From Intoshia linei (taxonomy: Eukaryota > Animalia > Orthonectida), in contig LWCA01000124.1 of the NCBI GenBank assembly GCA_001642005.1, positions 1 to 50,061 on the forward strand: a stretch of 50,061 nucleotides of DNA, read 5' to 3'. The notes beneath the pieces were generated by a model that worked only from the letters and a program-made list of their open reading frames with translations, was not told where the DNA came from and made no database searches. Each line of letters begins with the position of its first letter. Positions within the stretch are counted from its first letter, which is position 1. Below, in pieces: positions 12,460-26,224 of the stretch. The translations under genes were made by a program, and so were the position numbers.

Positions 12460-13105
12460 CAGTGTTTTCCAATCTTTTTTATGCTAGGCCCCACTGAAAA
12501 AAATTCGAGCGAATTATAATAAAATAATGATAAAAACAATAATAATGTATTTATTTTTTAGAATTAATGAGACGATTGAGCCTGACGATTCTGACAGAGT
12601 TTATTAATATTAGGTACTAATGTTGTAAGCTTTAATCGTAGATCTCTCCTTTTTGAAATTTGTAGTCTATTTATTTTTTTGTCAGTAAGTCTAAACCCGC
12701 ATTCTGCTATATAAGAGGATGGAAATGGCAACAAAGCAATCCTAGCAAAAGTAGTTAAAATTGAAATTGATAATTTTGAATATTTGAATATAATTTTGAA
12801 TTTTGAATCATTAATTTAGTTAAATTTGAATTCAATAGCCCACTATCATTAAAGATATATTTGTTTTTTGTCATTCTAATAATTACTAATAATTATAATT
12901 TAATAATACAATTAATTGATTCAATTATTACATAACCACTTATAAACCTGAGAATATTGTATAAAATCAACAATAAATTAATTTAAAATTTTCATAATTC
13001 TATAAATTTGTTATATTTCCCAGGTCCCACCAAATTTCCAATGTTTCACAAAAAAGTTCGTCATGCCCCACCAGTGGGGCCTGGCCCCACAGTTGGGAAA
13101 CACTG
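12460..13105 (-). mobile_element. Internally deleted Buster-type hAT element retaining the transposase C-terminus
   Basis: TIRs are CAGTGTTTTCCAA and TTGGGAAACACTG, with a perfect 8-bp TSD TTATAAAC (central TA). Minus strand 12755-12564 reads FARIALLPFPSSYIAECGF...NRLQISKRRDLRLKLTTLVPNINK, then after a frameshift LCQNRQAQSSH*, which is the hAT dimerisation domain end. Confidence 0.92.
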
Positions 13106-13704
13106 TTATAAACAGACTAAATTATCAACATATAGGATGTAAATTTAAATACAAATTGACATTGCTGTCTCTATTTGGGACCTTGAAGGACTCAATTTCT
13201 GTGAATAAAATTTGCGATTAAATAAAGATAAGATTACTTGTTGATTACTATTTCTTGAATGAGCATTTTACTACAAAAAAAAAATACATTCAAATCAAGA
13301 AATTTAATAGATATCAACGTTTTCTAGTTTCAATGTCAGTATATTTCCATTTATAGAATTCTATTCTAAGTTAGTCAATGTAATATTTATGTTTATTTGT
13401 TAGCATGTTTACATCAAGTGTATACTTCCAGTGTATTGTGGTCAATATATATTTTTGTGTAGTTTAAACACAATTTTAAAAATTGATGGACTTGTTTGAA
13501 CTAAAATAAAAAAAAAAATGATTTTTTTATACATAAAATTATGGGCAAAGATATTTTAAATCACTTAAAGATATGTTTTAATTTTAATAATTTGTAACTG
13601 CACAGTGCTCAGTTCGCAGTATTTTTTTCTCATAATAATCAATTACTGTAGAAAATATTATTATTAACAAATTATAATTATGCACTAGACTTGTAACTAG
13701 CTAA

Positions 13705-14255
13705 TAAAAAAAATCAGCCCAAAAATTTAATAAAACATACATTCAGGGACGCGTTTTAAAATCATTAACATTGTCGTTAATATCAACCTTAAAAACGCAT
13801 ACATTCATAGTCAAAACCACAAATTACCCTTTGTTTTAAAAATTAAACATATCCTAAATTTTTTTTAAACGTTAATTCTCGAATAGTTTTTAAGATCATA
13901 AAAATAATCATAAATGGAAACCTCAATAAAATATTTGTACTTTATTTTTAATATTATACACACCTTCTGTCTAATAAATTAAAAAAATGGTATAACAATT
14001 GTTTTTAAAATTCTTTACGCAAATGTTAACAAAAAAAATTAAGATGGAATAATTCACTTTAAAGTAAAAAGTAATGTAATATGATGGTTCCACCTGAAAC
14101 AAATTTGGGAACCACTCCTTTATAGGATTGATAATAGTGAATAGTAGTATTGTTAGGTAAAATTTTCTTATTGAATTTATTTTTCTGGTAGAATAAATAT
14201 GTCAGCCCTCGTCAGTGATAGGATTCTGTTTGTACGAAGTACCTAACAGTTAATG
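13705..14255 (+). mobile_element. Diverged Helitron-family copy (internal and 3' part)
   Basis: Contains CAAAACCACAAATTACCC, the TTTGGGAACCACTCCTTT block and a degenerate terminal hairpin (CTGTTTGTACGAAGTACCTAACAG). The segment 13710-13770 also matches 21870-21930 in reverse. Confidence 0.6.
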
Positions 14256-14607
14256 TAATATTATATAATATATCCTCTAATTATAGGACGAATTTGCAAC
14301 CCATCAGTTTACGCCTGACTTACATTTTAATATTGACTTATAGACTATATACAGCACTCGTTACGAATTAGTTTGTTAAAGTCTATTATACTTAAAAAAT
14401 TTGGAGGTATCCCAATCCACCACTGTAGTGCCGTAACTGGTCTGCAATTTAGGAAAGACTGCATTTCTATGTAAAATATTTAATACAACATAAATATTTG
14501 CTAAAATTAAATGGTAAATATTTAGTAATGTGCTTCATTCAAGTTCGCAATACTGTTTTTACTTAACTGTTTCAACTTTGAATGCAAAATAGGAAATTAT
14601 TTTCTAG

Positions 14608-17600
14608 TTCGATAGATCTACGTGCCAACATTAAAAGAAATGTGGATACTACAATTATGGTTACAATTCAAAAAGATTAATTAAAAATGTCTTAGTTTTT
14701 AGGTAAAATTGACAATTTAACAAAAAAAAATATTGAACTTTCTGATTTAAAGACTGAAAAACTAGTTAGTTCATCATTAAACTTTTCATCATTAATTCAG
14801 GTTGGACCAGTTAATTTTAAAGCCACGATTTGTCTATTACCATCAGTCGTCAGACTAGAATTTGCAAGGAAAATGAATGTAGATAAATAGTTTAAACAAA
14901 TTAAACTTTATTTAGACAAAACAAGTTTCCCATTACACGATTGAACGTGCGAGGTACATTATGTATGTTAGATGTAGAATAGATATATAAAAAGGAAACA
15001 TGTAGAATCTACATTGTAGATAAACAAAAACATAATCACCAATTAAAAATAGTGATCAAATTCTATCTAAACTTTATGATTTTTGTAAGCACATAAATCA
15101 TTTATGATTAATGTTGCATTTTTTGTATACACTGTACTTTCTTAGATTGATCCCATTTTGACTTGTTCTTTAAAGGAAATAAAAATGCATATTGCATATA
15201 CATTTAAATCGATAACGCAAAAGAGTCCGAATGGGTTGCCCGTTGTTTAACTTTCTGACTAATAAACTACGTCGCTTAAGAGTACATTAAAATATTAATT
15301 ACATCATATAAATCACAACCATGTAAATGTAAGAATTACATGTTGCTATATTTGAGATTTTTGTAATATACTGTATTGCAATTTTAAAATATATACAGTA
15401 CAACGTTATCTACTATAAATGTATTATCACCAAAATATGTTCACAAAAGTTAATTTACATTTTTATTTGTTGACACTTACAATCAAGTAAATGTAGCTGT
15501 TTTAACAAATATATAAAATTATTTTAAAAATTAATTTAAACCACATGATATAATTATATAACTTTTTTTATATTATAATATAAAAAAAAATAATATTTTT
15601 CTGTCCGTTACCGTCGCAGGACTCAACTTTTATCACCAGCCCTCAAAAATTAAAAATTGTTTCAAATTCATTGATATATGAACTTTACTTTTTACTTTAT
15701 ACCACAATTTCTTAATCGGTGTTAGCACCCTTAGGGATGTTACAATTAATTTCAAAGTGTGCTAAAAAAATTATTTTCATGAAAAAATAAAATCTTAACT
15801 TATATAATATGCTAGGCGATTTTTGTTTATGTGTGTTACGCTTTATTTAAATAACTACCCGTCTTAGAATTTTATAAAATCCACATTTCAATTACAGTTT
15901 TTTCCGGGACGTATAATAAGATAAATTTCAATCCTCCAATTTTACATATTACGGGTCAAAAACTTCAGTTGTCCCTCTTTTTGAAAATCAAACGAGTTGA
16001 GAATTTAAAAAAATTATATCTTCAGGACCAAAATCCCAAATTACCCTTCTTTTTTTAACGAAAAAATTTACATGTTTTACAGTTGTATCCTGTTAACACA
16101 CACAAAAAATTTCAATCCGAATAAGTGACGACTTATCGGTCAAAAAAGCATTTTAGTATTTATATATTTTTTTCCGAAATATTTTATTATAACAAAAAAT
16201 GTGAAATAATTAACGGTCCAAAAATTAAAAAAAAAATATTATTCTGATAGAGCTTATTCCAGTTGATATAAATACAAAATTTCAACCCCAGAAATCTACG
16301 CATTCCAGATGAAAAATAATTTTTAATATATTATCAACCAATATTTTTCAAATATTTCGATTAAAATAAAAATTAATGTAATGTGATGGTTCTACTTGAA
16401 ACATATTTGGGAACCACTCCTTTAAAGGATTGATAATATTTAATAGTAGCATTTTTAAGTTAGATTTTTAACATGAATTTATTTTTTTATAAAAATGTGC
16501 CCTCGGCAGAGCTAGGTGCTGTTTGTAAGTAGTACGTAACAGTCGAGCTAGTTAATTATATTTTACTTTGTCGATTATATAAGTGGATTAGTTAAATTTA
16601 AGTGAATTTAAATCTTATCAGATACAGATTCTATTTCAATTTTTAATATTTATTGATATTATTAATTATGTTCATATTAATAGGATGATTTTTAAAAATG
16701 TCAATAAAATACAATTTTATGTTCTCATTTTTTATAGAGGTGCTGGAAATAATTGATCTGGATTACGGGGTAGTAAAATTTAGAAACCTACTCTATACTA
16801 TGAACCTGTTCTACTTTTTCATATTAAAATTAAAACGATTGAGAACCACTAGTTTAAGCTGTAAAGTACAAATGTATATAATTAATTTTAATTTAGCATC
16901 AAATCTGTAATTGTGAGGGAACTGGTATTATATGTAGTTTGTAGCCAATCAACCAATAAAAAAATGATTTGTTACATATTCCAGACAAAAACATCTGTAT
17001 GATAAATATACTAGAATGTATATAGAATACTTATAAAATTTAGAACGCCCTGGATGGAATACTTTCCAATTTATTAGATAAAAAATCAAATGTAAAAAAC
17101 TATGGTATACAATGAAATATATAAATTCTAAAAATAAAAAAATTTAGTTAAACTGTCCGATCAAAACTACGTATCTTCGAATTTAATAAAAGCTTGTAAA
17201 TCGAGTGGTAGTGTAGATGAAGATGAATACATTAATATAAAAATGGATGCAAGTATTGATTCACAAAATAATCAAAAAGCTAGAAAATCAAATGATACAA
17301 AATCAATGAAAGACAACATTTTTACTAAAAAATTAAACACATTTAGTGGCCATCGAAAATGTATGAGTTCTTTAAACTATAAAGAAAAACCGAAAGAAGT
17401 AGAACAAAGTTCGGACTATCAAAATGTGGAACCCGATCAAGTTTTCCAAATAAGTCAAAATATAAACATCGATAAAAAACCTTGCCTAAACTGTTTAATG
17501 TTAGACGTCAAAATTGGAAAAGTTGAAAAAAATAATCACAATTTGAGTCTAGAAAATCAAAAATTAAAAAACAAAATTAATGAAATACTAACTCTCAAAT

Positions 17601-17644
17601 TTTTATTTGATGAAAAATTTGAAGACTTGAAATCTTTTTTGTAA
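14608..17644 (+). CDS. Putative PTB/PH-like domain adaptor with tyrosine motifs and a C-terminal coiled coil; 5' end not resolved
   Basis: Exons 14608-14659, 14696-14764, 14801-14878, 14916-14953, 16897-16996, 17044-17104 and 17148-17644 join in frame through GT-AG introns of 36-47 nt plus one of 1.9 kb. The product reads TTIMFLGKI...KATICLLPSVVRL...SIKSVIVRELVLYVVCSQSTNKKMICYIFQTKTSNALDGILSNL, followed by NYVKL, NYVSS, EYINI and DYQNV. Confidence 0.6.
15793..16551 (+). mobile_element. Full-length non-autonomous Helitron (~760 bp) inside an intron
   Basis: Inserted between A and T. The 5' end is TCTTAACTTATATAATATGC and the 3' end is an imperfect hairpin (CTGTTTGTAAGTAGTACGTAACAG) followed by TCGAGCTAG. 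No TSD or TIR is present. Confidence 0.82.
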
Positions 17645-17666
17645 TGTAATTTATTGTTTATTGGTA

Positions 17667-19533
17667 TTAAATTTGTGGTTCTTCTACGCCAAATGTAATG
17701 AATATATTATATAAAATTGACATTGTTTCTTGCGATAATTTTTCTACAATATCTAAAAATTCATTCGTAATTAATAAATATTTATGTAATGCTTCGCAAA
17801 ATCGTTTCGCACAATTTCAGATTAAATCAGCATTTCTCTATATGAGGGGTCGTCAACTTTTTCGACGGATGGGCATATTTTATAATTTTAATAGCTTCGT
17901 GTGTAGCAAATGTATCCTTTATATAAAATGTATATACAATTGCACAATTGAATTTGTATATGTAATTGAAAAATTGAGAAAATTAAAAAATTCTAGAATT
18001 TAAGAAAACCCAATTTCTATACATTTTTTTGAGACTCATGTTTTATCGCAACATTACCTGAAGGTGTGACGCTATCTCTATTTATACCAAGAATATCCAT
18101 CAATTCGAAGGCTATTTCGACATTTTTCAACTAAATTAAAATTATTAATAAAACATTTATATTTAAAGATTAAACCTTCTCCGATAAAGACATAGCACTA
18201 GGGTGAAATCGATGGAGAGGACAGCAAAATTTCCCGCAAATGGATAAAACAACAATCAAATAAAATCCATCATGAAACTAAATTCAATACGGCATACAAA
18301 ACAATAATGTTTGATTTACATCATTCAACAAATTATTAACTTTTAAATTCAAATATGACAATTGATCAGAGAAAAATGTTGTAATATCCTAAAATGTTCA
18401 ATCAAATCAAGTAAATGAAGATATACATTTTTTAATTTAGGTATGGAATTTGGATTTTGTTCGCATAAAACCTCAAAATTTGAACGTGACGCTTCAACTT
18501 GATCTCGAAAATGTTGAGTCAAAAGAACCACTTCCTTTTTACTGTAAAGTTTTCCGTCTACTTTATTAATAATGACTTTAGTCACAGTCAAATTTGGAGT
18601 TAGTTTAGCTTCAATGTTGTAATTGTAGTACAAAGCTATCAGAAAATGTAAAATTTCAATTGAATCGTTATTATTAATTCCTAATCTTCATTATTTCAAT
18701 AAATATTAAACTTAACCATAAGGCGTCCATTTTATAACACGTTCTACATTATTCGGGAATAACACGTCATCGAAGCATTGAATTATCACAGTTAATTTTT
18801 GAATTTGACCTTCTTTTGTATAAGTTAATTCGGGTAGTTTTATTTTTAAATTTTCCAAAACCTCTAAATCACATTGTACAATGTACCTGATTGTTTCAAT
18901 ATGGTTGTGTTTAATATAATTATATTTATAAAAGTTAAAATATAATAATACGTTACAATGGAGTAATCTTTTTAAGACCTTCTGAGGGAGTTTTGAAACA
19001 AATTGTTTAGAACTTTATCTGAGAAATTTGAGAGGGTTTAAAAATAAAATATTTACCATATTATTATAATTATATAAACTCGACCAAAATAAACGAAAAC
19101 TGTATATTATTTAGTTTTTTACCCAAAAGGTTTTGCAAAACTTGTCCGTCTCCTAAATCTGAATATATACTTTTTATGACAATTCTTGTATCGATGAGTT
19201 CTGAATTTATCCATTCCAGCAAACTATTTTGCAAATTAACTATATTTGGGTGTCTTAATGAGACTTTATCTACCATTGTTACTTCATCTGCTTCTTCTGT
19301 TAATATTATAAATTGTAGCTTTTTAGATTTACCAAAAAATGGTTATTCAAAACTTACTTTCCGCCTGCGAAATAAACTCGCTTTTGCTTAATGTATCTCC
19401 AGATATAAGTGTTTTTGCTTCTCCAGCAATTCGATCATCTTGTTTTAATTTAATATTATTTTTATTTTAAATTACATGTTGCTTTTTGAAATTTTTTCTG
19501 TAATTTGCTCAATGTTCCAAATTTTCCTTTCAT
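17667..19533 (-). CDS. PARV: Parvin (two calponin-homology domains), multi-exon
   Basis: Start reads MKGKFGTLSK. CH1 is LLEWINSELIDTRIVIKSIYSDLGDGQVLQNLL and the linker is RSNFEVLCEQNPNSIPKLK. CH2 is FHDGFYLIVVLSICGKFCCPLHRF...NVEIAFELM...DIVEKLSQETMSILYNIF, with the stop at 17667-17669. Confidence 0.9.
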
Positions 19534-20660
19534 TCTCAATAGTATACAATAAAGTTGTTTAAATAATTATATTTGCATACGTACATAAATAATATTCTAT
19601 TTTAATGTTTCAATGAGATATGTGTTGACATTAGAATATTATTATATCTAGCCATCATAATAATATCATATGATTCATATCTAGAGCTGAGCTTGCCCAG
19701 CTCGAGACCACGAAAATGAAAAATTTACCCTAAAAAATTTTCCACATCCATGCATGCAGTTTATGTAGTTTCATATAGCCTTAACGATATATAAGGCTCT
19801 TGACTTGATATTTTAAATTTAACACCTAATTTAATAGTTATGATATTCAATAATATTTTTTAATGCTCAATTTGAAAAAATGAGAAAAAAAAACCCGAAC
19901 TAGCTAGGATGCTAAGGTATGCTACGTTCAGTATCGTTCATATGAGTGACTTTTTAAATCAATTTTCTAATATTTACTGCCGGTTCATACTGCTTTTAGT
20001 AATAATAATATCTGTATCTCGTTTTTACATATCTTTCAAATACAGGATACACATTATGGCTCCTGAACACCCGTTTATTCTATGCAAAAATTTTATAATT
20101 CAATCTTCATTTATTACATATGTATAGGACTACATAAGTTTAAAGTTTTCATTATAGGATTTCTCAGTTAGTTGAAAATATTAAAGATAAATTTTATCTG
20201 AATTTATAAAACTTATAAAAATGTCGAATATTGAAATGATTTCATCATTTGAAAGTTTACAAGAATTCTCCGAAATATTTTTATATTTTGTTGAATCAAA
20301 CGGTATAATAATGATACTTGAACCTTGTAAAAGATAATTTTCGACATTAATTAATGTAAGTAAATTAACTATTAAAGTTTAAAATATATGTTCAAATTTT
20401 GAACTTCAAAAACTATATACAAATTTAATTAATATTTGTTTGTTAAATTCAATTTAAATTCGTTTTACTCTTAATACTATAGACTTAAAAATATTATTTT
20501 TTTACAATAGTACTTAAAAAATATTTGAGTAGAAGCTTTTAAAATACTTTGACCCAGTTTGACTTTCATTTAAATTCATGTCTTTTTTTGAAATTATATA
20601 ATTTTTTGTATTTATATATATTTATATTATATACAATGTATATTATATTATATTGTATAT

Positions 20661-21334
20661 TCTTACTAATATAATATGCTACGCAATATTTGTTTGTGTG
20701 TGTGATCCACTTTATTTCAATAACTACCAGTCATAGAATTTTATAAAGTCCACATTTTTTTCCGGATGATAATAAGATACATTTTAACCTCCTAAACTCA
20801 CATCTTATGGGTCAAAACCCCCAATTATCCTTTTTTTTAAAATCAAACGAGTTGGAGAATTTAAAAAAATATATACGCTGATACAGATTTTAAAATCATG
20901 AACATTATCATAAATTTAAATGCTGATGCGGATTTTAAAATCATAAACATTATCATAAATTTAAATTTAAAAAAATACACTGATGCGGATTTTAAAATCA
21001 TAAACATTATCATAAATTTAAATTTAAAAAAATTTACAGGTGGTACAGTTGTATCCTGTTAATACACACAAAAAATTTCAATCTAGCGACGACTTCACGG
21101 TCAAAAAAGCATTTTAGTATTATTTATATATATTTTATATATACAAAATATTTATTAACAAAAAATGTGAAATAATTAATGATGTGGGAACCACTCCTTT
21201 AAAGGATTGATAATAGTGAATAGTAGGATTTTTAAGTTAGATTTTCAACATGAATTTATTTTTTTGGTAGAATAAAAATTTGCCTTCGGCAGAGCTAGGT
21301 GCTGTGTGTACGTAGTAGATAACAGTCAACCTAG
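20661..21334 (+). mobile_element. Full-length non-autonomous Helitron with an internal tandem expansion
   Basis: The 5' end is TCTTACTAATATAATATGC followed by (TG)n, and the 3' end is hairpin + CAGTCAACCTAG followed by T. Three tandem copies of CTGAT.C.GATTTTAAAATCAT.AACATTATCATAAATTTAAAT lie at about 20877-21030. Confidence 0.82.
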
Positions 21335-21749
21335 TTAATTATATAATAAAAGTTTCTCCATGAAGTGTGTCTCAAATAAACGATTTTTTATTGATGTTTT
21401 TTAATAAATATGATAAGTGTCACATGATCTATGTTATATCTCAAAATTATAATAAATGCAAGCAACTACGCAAAAAAAATGTTAAAAAAACAGAAAAAGG
21501 TAAAGACACAGGGGTTTTTTGTGACAAAAATAAAAAAATTTATATCATTCCGCAGCAATTAAATGGAGATTATTGTCTATATATGTATTTTTTAAATTTC
21601 AAAATTAAGGCCAAATTGGAATAGTCCTAGTACCCAAGGTTTCTATCGGGTAGGTCCTACCCGGTAGGGTCTTGACGAAATGTTTCTAAAATTTAAATTC
21701 TAAAATTAAACTTGAAAGTTTTATTGATGTGTATTCCATTATTATTAGT

Positions 21750-22096
21750 AATAATTTATAAATATTGATAATAAGTAAAAATTATAATGTTTTATTTTTA
21801 AAACAAAGATTAATTTGTGTTGTTTTCACCATGAAAGTATGCGTTTCTGAGGCTGAGATGTACGATAATGATAATGTTTTTAAAACGCGTCCCAGAATGT
21901 ATATTTTATTAAATTTTTGGGCAGATTTAATTTTTAAACAAAATGGCAAATTAGGTTTTTGCCCTGATTGACTCAAATTCTGAAACTGAAAAATAGATAT
22001 AAACACGACCTGGGAAAAACTGTATTAGAAATTGGGTTTTTGAAATTCTACGACTGTCAATTTTTTCATACACATTCAATTTTATATAAGTAAAGA
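21750..22096 (-). mobile_element. Helitron-family 5' fragment (diverged subfamily)
   Basis: The minus strand starts TCTTTACTTATATAAAA...GTCGTAGAATTTCAAAAACCCAATTTCTAATACAGTTTTTCCC, which is similar to the family 5' region and to 13705-13830. Confidence 0.55.
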
Positions 22097-23079
22097 ATAA
22101 TTTAAAACTTAAATTAAAATAAAATTTATACGGACCGGAAAGTTCCCGAAGACCTGAATTTGATAACTACTGTCTTAGTATATTCGCAGTCAAACATTAC
22201 CTCACTGATTCATTTAACTATTATCGTGCAAATTATGTTAATTATTACTTCTAGTATTATTAATGTTTACTTCCCTAATGAGTGGTTTACTGTGTATCCA
22301 AAATGATAAAATATTTATTTAAACAAACATATGATTGATTATATTGATTATATTAAATTTTATATTAAAAAGAATATAATTTGGCACGATTTAACGGGGA
22401 TGAATCATTAATGACATATTTGTTGACATTTCATCATATTATAAATTTTTTTATTTCATAAAAATGTAAATAACTACATGTATTTCAGTTCACTATAAAT
22501 AGAGTAATATTTTTAATAACATTTGTATAGTTTTAAAAATAATAGGAAAAACAATTTTTTTTTGAAATAGAAACGGTACATTGGCATAATCCGGGCAATT
22601 GTTTAATGATTTCTTTTGTTTAAAATCTAAAATTATATTTTACAAGCACCCGATATTTGCATAGTAGGACGACCAAGTTTTATTATTAGTTTTATTAAAA
22701 ATAATTATGACATTGTTATTAATCTTCAATTAATTGATTTTTTTCAATAATTTGTACAAATTAATTGCAATTAAATTGGTTGCAATGAATTAACTCTAAT
22801 TCCTGATACAGGCTGTGCAATTGGAAAGTTGATGTATAATTATATTATATTATAATAGTTATCCAAACAAACAAATAAAATAAAACTTAATATTTAAACG
22901 TTCATAATTTACAAATTAATTAACAATATTTACTTAAACGTATATTTTTTTGGTCATACAGAAATCAATTTTCAGTTATATACAAAAGAAGTATATATTT
23001 AGAAAAATTAATTTGTAAGTTTTGCCGATGTCTGGACCGCTGTGCACTGCATTAGCTCAGTGAAAAAATAAAAATATTT

Positions 23080-23350
23080 TGATTATCATTCCATTTGCAT
23101 TTGCAGGCATTTCATTTCATATAATTAATAATCAACGATTATTATCATCATTAATCAAGGAGAAAATAAAATGTTTTACATATTTAAAGCTTTTAATTTG
23201 AACCGAAAAAGCTTTAGTATAATTATGATGATTGTCGTTTTAAGTTAAAATTTAACGGAAGTTTTGTACTTCAGAAAAATTTACATCCGTTATATTTTTT
23301 TAAATTTTTTCCCTTATAAAGGAATTCCGTTAAATAAGAATTAAATTGTA
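23080..23350 (-). repeat. Dispersed repeat, possibly a Tc1/mariner-type MITE (other copies at 45391-45660 and a terminus at 8113)
   Basis: 23125-23260 is the reverse complement of 45478-45625. All three sites share the terminus TACA...TAATT..TATTTAA.GGAATTCCT, which starts with TA. Confidence 0.6.
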
Positions 23351-23854
23351 TTTACTTTAAAAAATGTTAAAAATTACTGTACAACTAACACACAAGTGAT
23401 AGGATTTATTATAAAAGTGTAGATAAACTCATACATAGTGTACATTGTACATTGGAATTCATATTATGCAAAAATTTAAAATTTAAACAATGTTAATTGG
23501 CTATTTAGTCAGAATTCGAGAAATTAAATTGTTAATAAAATCCCAAAAAATTAAGCTAGGAACAAATTTAAAAAAATTAACTGTATAACTAAACATGGAG
23601 AACAATATTATAAAGTCGATACCACGTTTTAAGGTTCAAAAGCCAATTTCCGTTAAAATAAACTTTAGTTTTAATTTCTCAATAATATTTATAGTGATAT
23701 TTAAAATGACAAATGCAACTCGAATAGATATCGTTAAATGTTTTTGATTGCGAATTAGTTTTTCTATTATAAAAATACACACTTGTAGTGCTAATTGCCC
23801 TTGATTCTTTGATGGATGTGACACCCTAATGTAAATTGTTTTATCAAAAATTAC

Positions 23855-24963
23855 CATGTATTGTATAGGCAGTAATGGAAAATATATATGGATAATGAAA
23901 TCCATCGGTTTTATAAATTTCATCTAATTGTGGCTTTTCTAAGTTATCAAACACAATAATTTCATTAGAAGCATTGTATTTAAAACTATGGGAAATTGAG
24001 GGAACATTATCTTTCAAAAGAAATATTCCTATTCGATCTTTGGGTTGAACCTTTACACATGATAGATTTGCTTCATTTAATAGTATCTAAATAAATATTT
24101 ATTATTATAATCAATGTATAATTTAAATTTTATATTATACAGGTGACATCCATTAATGATGTTATTAAAACCCGTAAATATACCACCCTAATTGTAACAA
24201 AATGGTATAAAGTTAAATACCCATAAAAATATTGGTAAAAGGCAATAAGTAAATAATAAAAATGTTTTTAATATATTTTTATGATTTTCAACCGTACTTT
24301 TTTCGAATGACACATGATACCAGTATAATATTGACAATTTAAAAATGTTTGATATTACGTGATTTAGTCCAACAATTCGTGGTATTATCTTGTAAAAATG
24401 AATATATTGATAAGATTTATGAGGATTATTTTTTGAGTTTCCATTTGAAATAGGTCGCCACAGCTGAATTTCAATGGTTGAAATGGTATCAAAATAAATT
24501 GAAAATGCATAGAGCATACCAGCTGATGTGAAAGATTTTGATAATAAAAAAACGGATCTTGGCCATTCAATTTTTTGGTCACCTTCTGTTGAAGGGTATC
24601 CAAGTGTTTCTGATTCTATACATTATACCAGTGCTTTCCAAAGTTATTATGTCGGGGACACACATTTGAGTCACTAAAAATTCACTAGACCCAAGTCCAC
24701 TTTTTACACATTAAGTCAGTCCACCATATGAATTTAATCTACACGTATTTTACTTTACAATATTTTAAGACTTTGTCACAAACTTTAAATTTTTTTTCGG
24801 TAAACCAGTGTGTCGCCACACAGTTTGGAAAGCTCTGTATTATGTCAAATTGTTATTTTGAATATTAATCATAATTATAATCATTATTACCCATAATAAA
24901 TAAATTATTCGTTAAAACAAAAACAAAAGCTATTTTAAAATGATTGGAAATGTTGAATATCAT
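23855..24963 (-). CDS. Uncharacterised, probably secreted beta-rich protein; exons 24963-24891, 24615-24359 and 24086-23855; last exon unresolved
   Basis: In-frame GT-AG joins give a hydrophobic N-terminus (MIFNISNHFKIAFVFVLT), then SETLGYP...SAGMLYAFSIYFDTISTIEIQLWRP...CVKVQPKDRIGIF...DGFHYPYIFSITAY. Confidence 0.65.
24629..24837. mobile_element. hAT MITE (~210 bp) in intron 1 of the secreted-protein gene
   Basis: TIRs are CAGTGCTTTCCAAA and TTTGGAAAGCTCTG. The flanking 8-mers CATTATAC and TATTATGT look like a decayed TSD. Confidence 0.75.
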
Positions 24964-25799
24964 ATTTTTTAAATTTAATTCATATGAATTAATGTGTATT
25001 TGTATATATTTGTAGTAATGTGAAATTTATCTACATTAAAAATAACTATTCTGCAGACTGTTTGATATATCCAACTAAATAATTCATAAAATAATAATAA
25101 TAATCTATAGAATACTTGCTTAATTAAAATTTATAAAATATTTGTAAATTGCAAAGAATCAATCAGTCAATCTGTTTGTTTTTTAGATCATAACTATTGC
25201 TATATTTATTATTATTTGGTTTTTATTTATTAGTATATATACAAATTATGTCATGTTATGAATCAACTATTTATATAAGGTATATTAAGATTAATTATTT
25301 ACCTACAAACCATTTTTAAATTCAATTCAAATTTTAAATTTCAAATCAAATTTAATTAAGTTGAATAATAATTCACGTTGCTTGTCAAAATTTGAAAATT
25401 GCCTGTAACATATTTATTATAACCACATGAAAGTTTTTTACAAAATGATTATGATATTGTTATCAATCTTCAATTAATTGCAATTAAATTGGTTGAAATT
25501 ATTTAATTCCAATCCCTGTTTATATGGTGATGTCATCAAAGTATATATTCTGTGTACCAATTTTGGTCCTCAAATGAAATCTATTTCTATAGTTGTTGTC
25601 CTTATAATATAAGATACATTATAGGTGTTTGTCTGATTGACTTCCACTTTAACATTTTTAATGTCATTTTTGTAAAGTGATTTATCTGGGTTACTATCTT
25701 GGAGATTATTAACAATTGCTCTATTAATTCCTACCGGACAAAACGGTTTATTTGCATTTTAAGTTGATACATTCTGATTCCTATTATTAAAGTAATGAC

Positions 25800-25962
25800 C
25801 TTTTTTCCATTATTTTTTTAAAAAACACGATTTTACTAAATCATGCCAAAAAACTTTCATTTTTTCATAAATGTTTTATATTTCATTTTTTCTTTAGTTT
25901 CAGAAAAATAAATATTTTGAAATAGGGGTCCGTACTACGGACACTATTTGAATCGGGAACCT
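25800..25962 (-). repeat. Fragment of the MITE family at 45684-46092
   Basis: Reverse complement matches 45690-45840 (TTCAAATAGTGT...TACGGACCCC.ATTTCAAAATATT and GATTTAGTAAAATCGTGTTTTT). Confidence 0.7.
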
Positions 25963-26224
25963 TTCTACTAATTAGAAGTAAAATTATCATGTTTTTGATA
26001 AAAATGTTTTTAATATTGTTTAGTAATTTCGTTTTAATGGTCTGCGATAAATTGTATAATTTTTTACCGGTCTGAGTTTAAAAAAGTTTGGAAACTCCTG
26101 GCCTAACCCGTAAATTGATAAAAACAAATTATTTAAAAATTTTGTTTCGATAGTATTCCATTTATAGTTTTTTTAGTTTTACACAAAGTTAATACACAAA
26201 TTAGAATATTTTAGGAACATTTGT

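Noticed and set aside
20877-21030. Three direct repeats that could suggest a CRISPR array
   Set aside because: There are no unique spacers and no cas genes, the context is eukaryotic, and the repeats lie inside a Helitron.
12339-22006. Short Phe/Ile/Lys/Asn-rich ORFs at 12339, 16698, 17698, 19176, 19909, 21367, 21765 and 21782
   Set aside because: Their composition is that of random AT-rich DNA, and they overlap repeats, introns or the opposite strand of real genes.
25560-25760. A ~60-codon open stretch on the minus strand (PFCPVGINRAIVNNLQDSNPDK...)
   Set aside because: It has no start codon, no convincing splice partners and no family I recognise, and it is flanked by repeat fragments.
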